A program made the translations under genes and the position numbers. From the NCBI GenBank assembly GCA_963805625.1, contig CAWDVE010000016.1, positions 288,001 to 352,000 on the forward strand: a DNA stretch of 64,000 bases. Direction: 5' to 3'. The DNA comes from an uncultured Candidatus Rokubacteria bacterium (GTDB lineage Bacteria; Methylomirabilota; Methylomirabilia; Rokubacteriales; DASRDR01). Under the pieces are notes generated by a model. The model did not search any database and was not told the DNA's origin. It saw only the letters and a list, made by a program, of their open reading frames with translations. Numbering within the stretch: position 1 is the first letter of the stretch; every line of letters starts with the position of its first letter. Below are positions 60,512 to 64,000 of this stretch, one piece after another.

Positions 60512-61042
60512 TCATTTGCGTCGACGAGGCAGGACTCCCCGGCGCGCCCCCTTGAGCTGGGAACCCGAACAGGGTCCGTTCAGCCTGACCCGCGCCGTCC
60601 TGACGTTATTGCCCTCGCTGGACTCCTCCACCGCCCGGTCGGCGTCCACGCGCAGCGTGAGCCCGTGCTCGCCCGGGGTGAGGTAGGCATCGAAGGACCG
60701 CGTGCGGTGCTCGCCCGTGCCGAGCCCGGGATCCACGTGGTTGTCGATGACGGTCGCGTCCCACTGGAGCACGTTCCGGAACCCGCCCGGGGTCTTGGCA
60801 CGTCCATCGTTGTCGATCTGGTACTCGACCCGGAAGAGGCACTGCCCGCCCCGGTAGCCCTTGGCCTTGCTGGCGCTCAGCACCTCGACGCCGGAGCCGA
60901 CGTTCACGAACTCACCCCCGATCACGACGCCCTTGCTGACGAGGTCCGGCAGCCCTCCCGACAGCGTGGCCGTCGCGGGGCCGGGCGCAGGATCCGACTT
61001 CGCCGACAGGCCACCGGCCCTGAGCGGGGCCGGCGCCGGCAC
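60512..61042 (-). CDS. CARDB domain protein, probably 5'-truncated
   Basis: LPDLV, IDNDG, GEHGLTLRVDADRAVEESSEGNN. Confidence 0.65.
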   Translation of the reverse strand: MPAPAPLRAGGLSAKSDPAPGPATATLSGGLPDLVSKGVVIGGEFVNVGSGVEVLSASKAKGYRGGQCLFRVEYQIDNDGRAKTPGGFRNVLQWDATVIDNHVDPGLGTGEHRTRSFDAYLTPGEHGLTLRVDADRAVEESSEGNNVRTARVRLNGPCSGSQLKGARRGVLPRRRK

Positions 61043-61296
61043 GGGAGTGACCCCTCGGCTGGCGAACCTCGGCCGAGGCGCTCGATGAGGTTCTACGATC
61101 GGCTCACACAGGCAGTGTTGCGAGAACCGGTTGAACTCGGGCTGGCTGCCCCGATCGGAATGTGATGCAGCAAACCGTGGCCCGGCCGCCGCTGGGCCAG
61201 CGCCATGCCGAGGGCGTGACCACTACCGCTTCTCGCAGTGGTGGCCCGCCTGCGTTCCTGGCGAAGCGGCACCGAGTGAGCTGGCGGTCTGGCGCG

Positions 61297-62466
61297 TCAG
61301 AGCGCGAGATCTCGCTCCTCCGTCGATATCATCGTGTTCCGCGTGGCCGCGTACGGGAAGCGTTCAACGAGGGCCGGGTCGAACGTCACGCCGAGCCCCG
61401 GGGTCTCCGGTGCTGCGATGTGGCCGTCGCGTGGCTGCACGCGGGCCACCGCCAGGAGCTCATTGAGCGGGTGCTCCGTGAAGTTGAATTCCGTGATCGC
61501 GCAGTTCGGGGTGACGAGGCCGAAGTGGATGCCGGCCATGATGCTGACGAGTGTCCCCCACGAGTGAATGGCCACGGGCTTCTCGTGGACGGCGGCCAGA
61601 CTGGCGATTCTTGCACCTTCGGTGAACCCTGACGTCGCAATGTCGAACTGGACGATGTCAAAGGCGCCGCGCTCGAGATACGGCCGGAACGCGTGGGCGG
61701 TCGGGAGGCTCTCCGCGCCCGCGATGTTGACCGTCGTCGCCTGCCGCATCTCGACGTAGCCGTCCAGGTTCTCGACTCGCACGGGCTCCTCTAGCCAGAG
61801 TGGCTCATACGGCTCCAGGCCCTTCGCGATCTTCTGGGAGATCGACACGGACCAGGGCGTCGCGCCCCCCGCCTCGCCGGCGTCGACCATGACATCCATC
61901 TCGCGTCCCAACGCCTCCCGGAACGCCGTCACGATCGGGACGACGGTCCGGGGATCGGTCACACGGAGCTTGTAGGCGTCAAACCCCGCGCTCCGGGCGC
62001 GCCGCGCATCGGCGATGAGCGGTTCGGCCGTCGTGAAGAGCCCGTTGCTCGCGTACACCCGGATGCGGGACCGGACCAGTCCCCCGAGCAACTGGTAGAC
62101 AGGAAGCTCGAGGAGCTTGCCGAGGAGGTCGTACATCGCCATGTTGATGCCGCCCATGACGGCGATGCCGATGCCGTACCGGTTCCAGAAGCGGCTGTTC
62201 TGGTACATCGTTTCCCACGCCCGGTTGATCTCGCGCACGGGGAATCCTTCCAGCACCCGATTGAAGTGCGCGGTCACGCCGAGGACCGGCTCGTAGGTAT
62301 GGGTCCCGAACGTCACCTCGCCGAGCCCGTACTCCCCGTTGTCCGCGGTGACCCGGAGGAGGGCGGCGTCGAGGTTCTCCACAAGACCGGCAGCGAACCG
62401 GTACGAGAGGTGCGATGGGTAGCGGTACCGGAGGAAGAACGCCTCGACCTTCGCGACCTTGACCAC
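61297..62466 (-). CDS. Mandelate racemase/enolase superfamily protein
   Basis: NMAMYDLLGK..PVYQLLGG, YKLR, MVDA, WLEEP, GAES; GGAGG RBS. Confidence 0.9.
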   Translation of the reverse strand: MVKVAKVEAFFLRYRYPSHLSYRFAAGLVENLDAALLRVTADNGEYGLGEVTFGTHTYEPVLGVTAHFNRVLEGFPVREINRAWETMYQNSRFWNRYGIGIAVMGGINMAMYDLLGKLLELPVYQLLGGLVRSRIRVYASNGLFTTAEPLIADARRARSAGFDAYKLRVTDPRTVVPIVTAFREALGREMDVMVDAGEAGGATPWSVSISQKIAKGLEPYEPLWLEEPVRVENLDGYVEMRQATTVNIAGAESLPTAHAFRPYLERGAFDIVQFDIATSGFTEGARIASLAAVHEKPVAIHSWGTLVSIMAGIHFGLVTPNCAITEFNFTEHPLNELLAVARVQPRDGHIAAPETPGLGVTFDPALVERFPYAATRNTMISTEERDLAL

Positions 62467-62510
62467 GCCGACCTCCCTGCGACGACGGGGTCTTGCCCAG
62501 CCGCCGACGG

Positions 62511-63497
62511 TCATCGTCCATACTGGCTGAGGGCCGCGCGGAGCGCGTCTCCCAGCGCGTTGAGTCCCAGGATCGTGAGCGTCACTGCGAGGCCCGGGAA
62601 CACGCCGAGCCACGGCGCCTGACTCAGGAAATTCCGGCCGCTGTCCAGCATGGTGCCCCACGACGGGGTCGGAGGCCGACTCCCCAGACCCAAGAAGCTG
62701 AACCCGGCCTCGAGGAGCACCGCGTCGGCCATCACGAGCGTGGTCTGCACGAGGAGTGGCGGCACGACATTCTGCAGGACGTGTCGCATCACGACCCGTG
62801 TGTCGGAAGCGCCCAGCGCGCGAGCCGCCTGCACGTAGTCCTCGCTCCGCTGGCTCAGGACCGCCACGCGGGTCAGCCGGCCCAGCGTGGGGACGCTGAT
62901 GATCGCCACCGCCACGACCACGTTCGCGATCCCCGTGCCGAGCAGCGCCACTACGCCGATACCGAGCAGGACCGCCGGGAAGGCAAAGATCGTGTCGAGG
63001 AGCCGCGAGATCACCATGTCGATCGGGCCGCCGAGATAGCCCGCCAGGAGCCCGAGCGGGACGGCGACGAAAAGGGCTGCGCCAGCCGATCCGAATGCCA
63101 CGGTCAGTGAGATCCGAGCGCCGAAGAGCGTGCGCGACAGGACGTCGCGCCCCAGTTCGTCCGTCCCGAACGGATGGTCGCGCGACGGTGCGGCAAAAGG
63201 CTCCTCCGCGCCGATGACGAACGGGTCGAACGGAGCCACGCGGGGAGCGGACAGCGCGAGACCGATGAGGGTCACCACGACCACGAGCCCGAACCGGCCA
63301 CCGGGATCGCGCAGGATCGCACGCATGACGCGCGCGGCTGGGAGTCGCGTGACGGTCGCGCCTTTCGTTGCCGGGGTCCGATCGGTCGTCCCGTCTTCTC
63401 GGACGCCCGTCAGGGAGTCGGGTGGCGGTCCTACCGCCGGCGGCTGGTTGGACACTTCGGACTGTCCTCCGGCCTCGCGCACGTGGCGGGTAGGCAC
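62511..63497 (-). CDS. Peptide/nickel ABC transporter permease (DppC-like)
   Basis: HPFGTDELGRDVLSR, YVQAARALGAS, EAGFSFLGLG..PSWG. Confidence 0.9.
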   Translation of the reverse strand: MPTRHVREAGGQSEVSNQPPAVGPPPDSLTGVREDGTTDRTPATKGATVTRLPAARVMRAILRDPGGRFGLVVVVTLIGLALSAPRVAPFDPFVIGAEEPFAAPSRDHPFGTDELGRDVLSRTLFGARISLTVAFGSAGAALFVAVPLGLLAGYLGGPIDMVISRLLDTIFAFPAVLLGIGVVALLGTGIANVVVAVAIISVPTLGRLTRVAVLSQRSEDYVQAARALGASDTRVVMRHVLQNVVPPLLVQTTLVMADAVLLEAGFSFLGLGSRPPTPSWGTMLDSGRNFLSQAPWLGVFPGLAVTLTILGLNALGDALRAALSQYGR

Positions 63498-63501
63498 CTC
63501 G

Positions 63502-64000
63502 CTAGCTGGCCAGGCGAATCCGAGGGTCGAGAACCGCGTAGCAGAGGTCGGCCACGACGTTGACGGCGATGAAGACGGCCACGAAGAAGAGCATCATCGC
63601 CTGGACGATCAGGTAGTCCCGGTTCCCGATCGCGTCCAGCGTCAGCCGTCCCACGCCGGGCCATCCGAAGACCGCTTCCGTGATGACCGCTCCGCCGAGA
63701 AGATAGCCGAACTGCACGGCGAGGACCGTAACGACAGGCAGCGCGGCGACCCGGAGGACGTGGCGGCTCACGATCACCGGCTCGCCCAGCCCCTTGGCAT
63801 GCGCCGTGCGGACGAAGTCGGCGTGCATGACCTCCGACAGCGAGGCGCGCAGGAACCGAATCAGGATGGCGGTCCCCGAAGCGCCCAGCGTGAGGCACGG
63901 GAGCACCAGGAGCCGGATCGACTCGAGCGGGTCCTCGGTGACGCTCACGAAGCCCGACGGCGGGAGCCAGCGGAGCGCCACTGCGAAGAGAAGGAGCAGC
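63502..64000 (-). CDS. Peptide/nickel ABC transporter permease (DppB-like), 5' end outside window
   Basis: FVRTAHAKGL, GGAVITEAVFGWPGVG, YAVLDPRI. Confidence 0.9.
   Translation of the reverse strand, partial: LLLLFAVALRWLPPSGFVSVTEDPLESIRLLVLPCLTLGASGTAILIRFLRASLSEVMHADFVRTAHAKGLGEPVIVSRHVLRVAALPVVTVLAVQFGYLLGGAVITEAVFGWPGVGRLTLDAIGNRDYLIVQAMMLFFVAVFIAVNVVADLCYAVLDPRIRLAS

Overview
GC-rich bacterial DNA (roughly 70% by eye). The gene repertoire (ABC_sub_bind remnants, AAA/TPR adenylate-cyclase fragments, FN3/InlB surface proteins, many ABC systems) suggests a soil Rokubacteria/Methylomirabilota-type genome, which is an inference. Bases 1-9 kb and 61-64 kb hold ordinary metabolic and transport genes. 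The middle is a mosaic accessory region. It contains tRNA-Thr(CGT) followed by a satellite-like island core (tyrosine integrase, XRE, excisionase, DnaB-like helicase), a c-di-GMP-I riboswitch in front of a repeat-expanded FN3 surface protein, two defective copies of an IS481-like element (one split by about 8.6 kb of cargo), a glycosylation cluster, a 1053-aa secreted protein with a cysteine-bracketed bacteriocin-like insert, and many gene fragments. The most unusual structure is six orphan 3' (oriIS-like) ends of IS91/ISCR-type rolling-circle elements. Four carry a conserved outward sigma70-like promoter, two sit directly in front of intact genes, and three form a head-to-tail series with aquaporin and MscS cargo. 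A second cassette-like pattern is three stacked 3' tails of ABC_sub_bind genes separating small cargo. All family assignments come from motif recognition by eye with no database searches, and some frameshifts could be sequencing errors.
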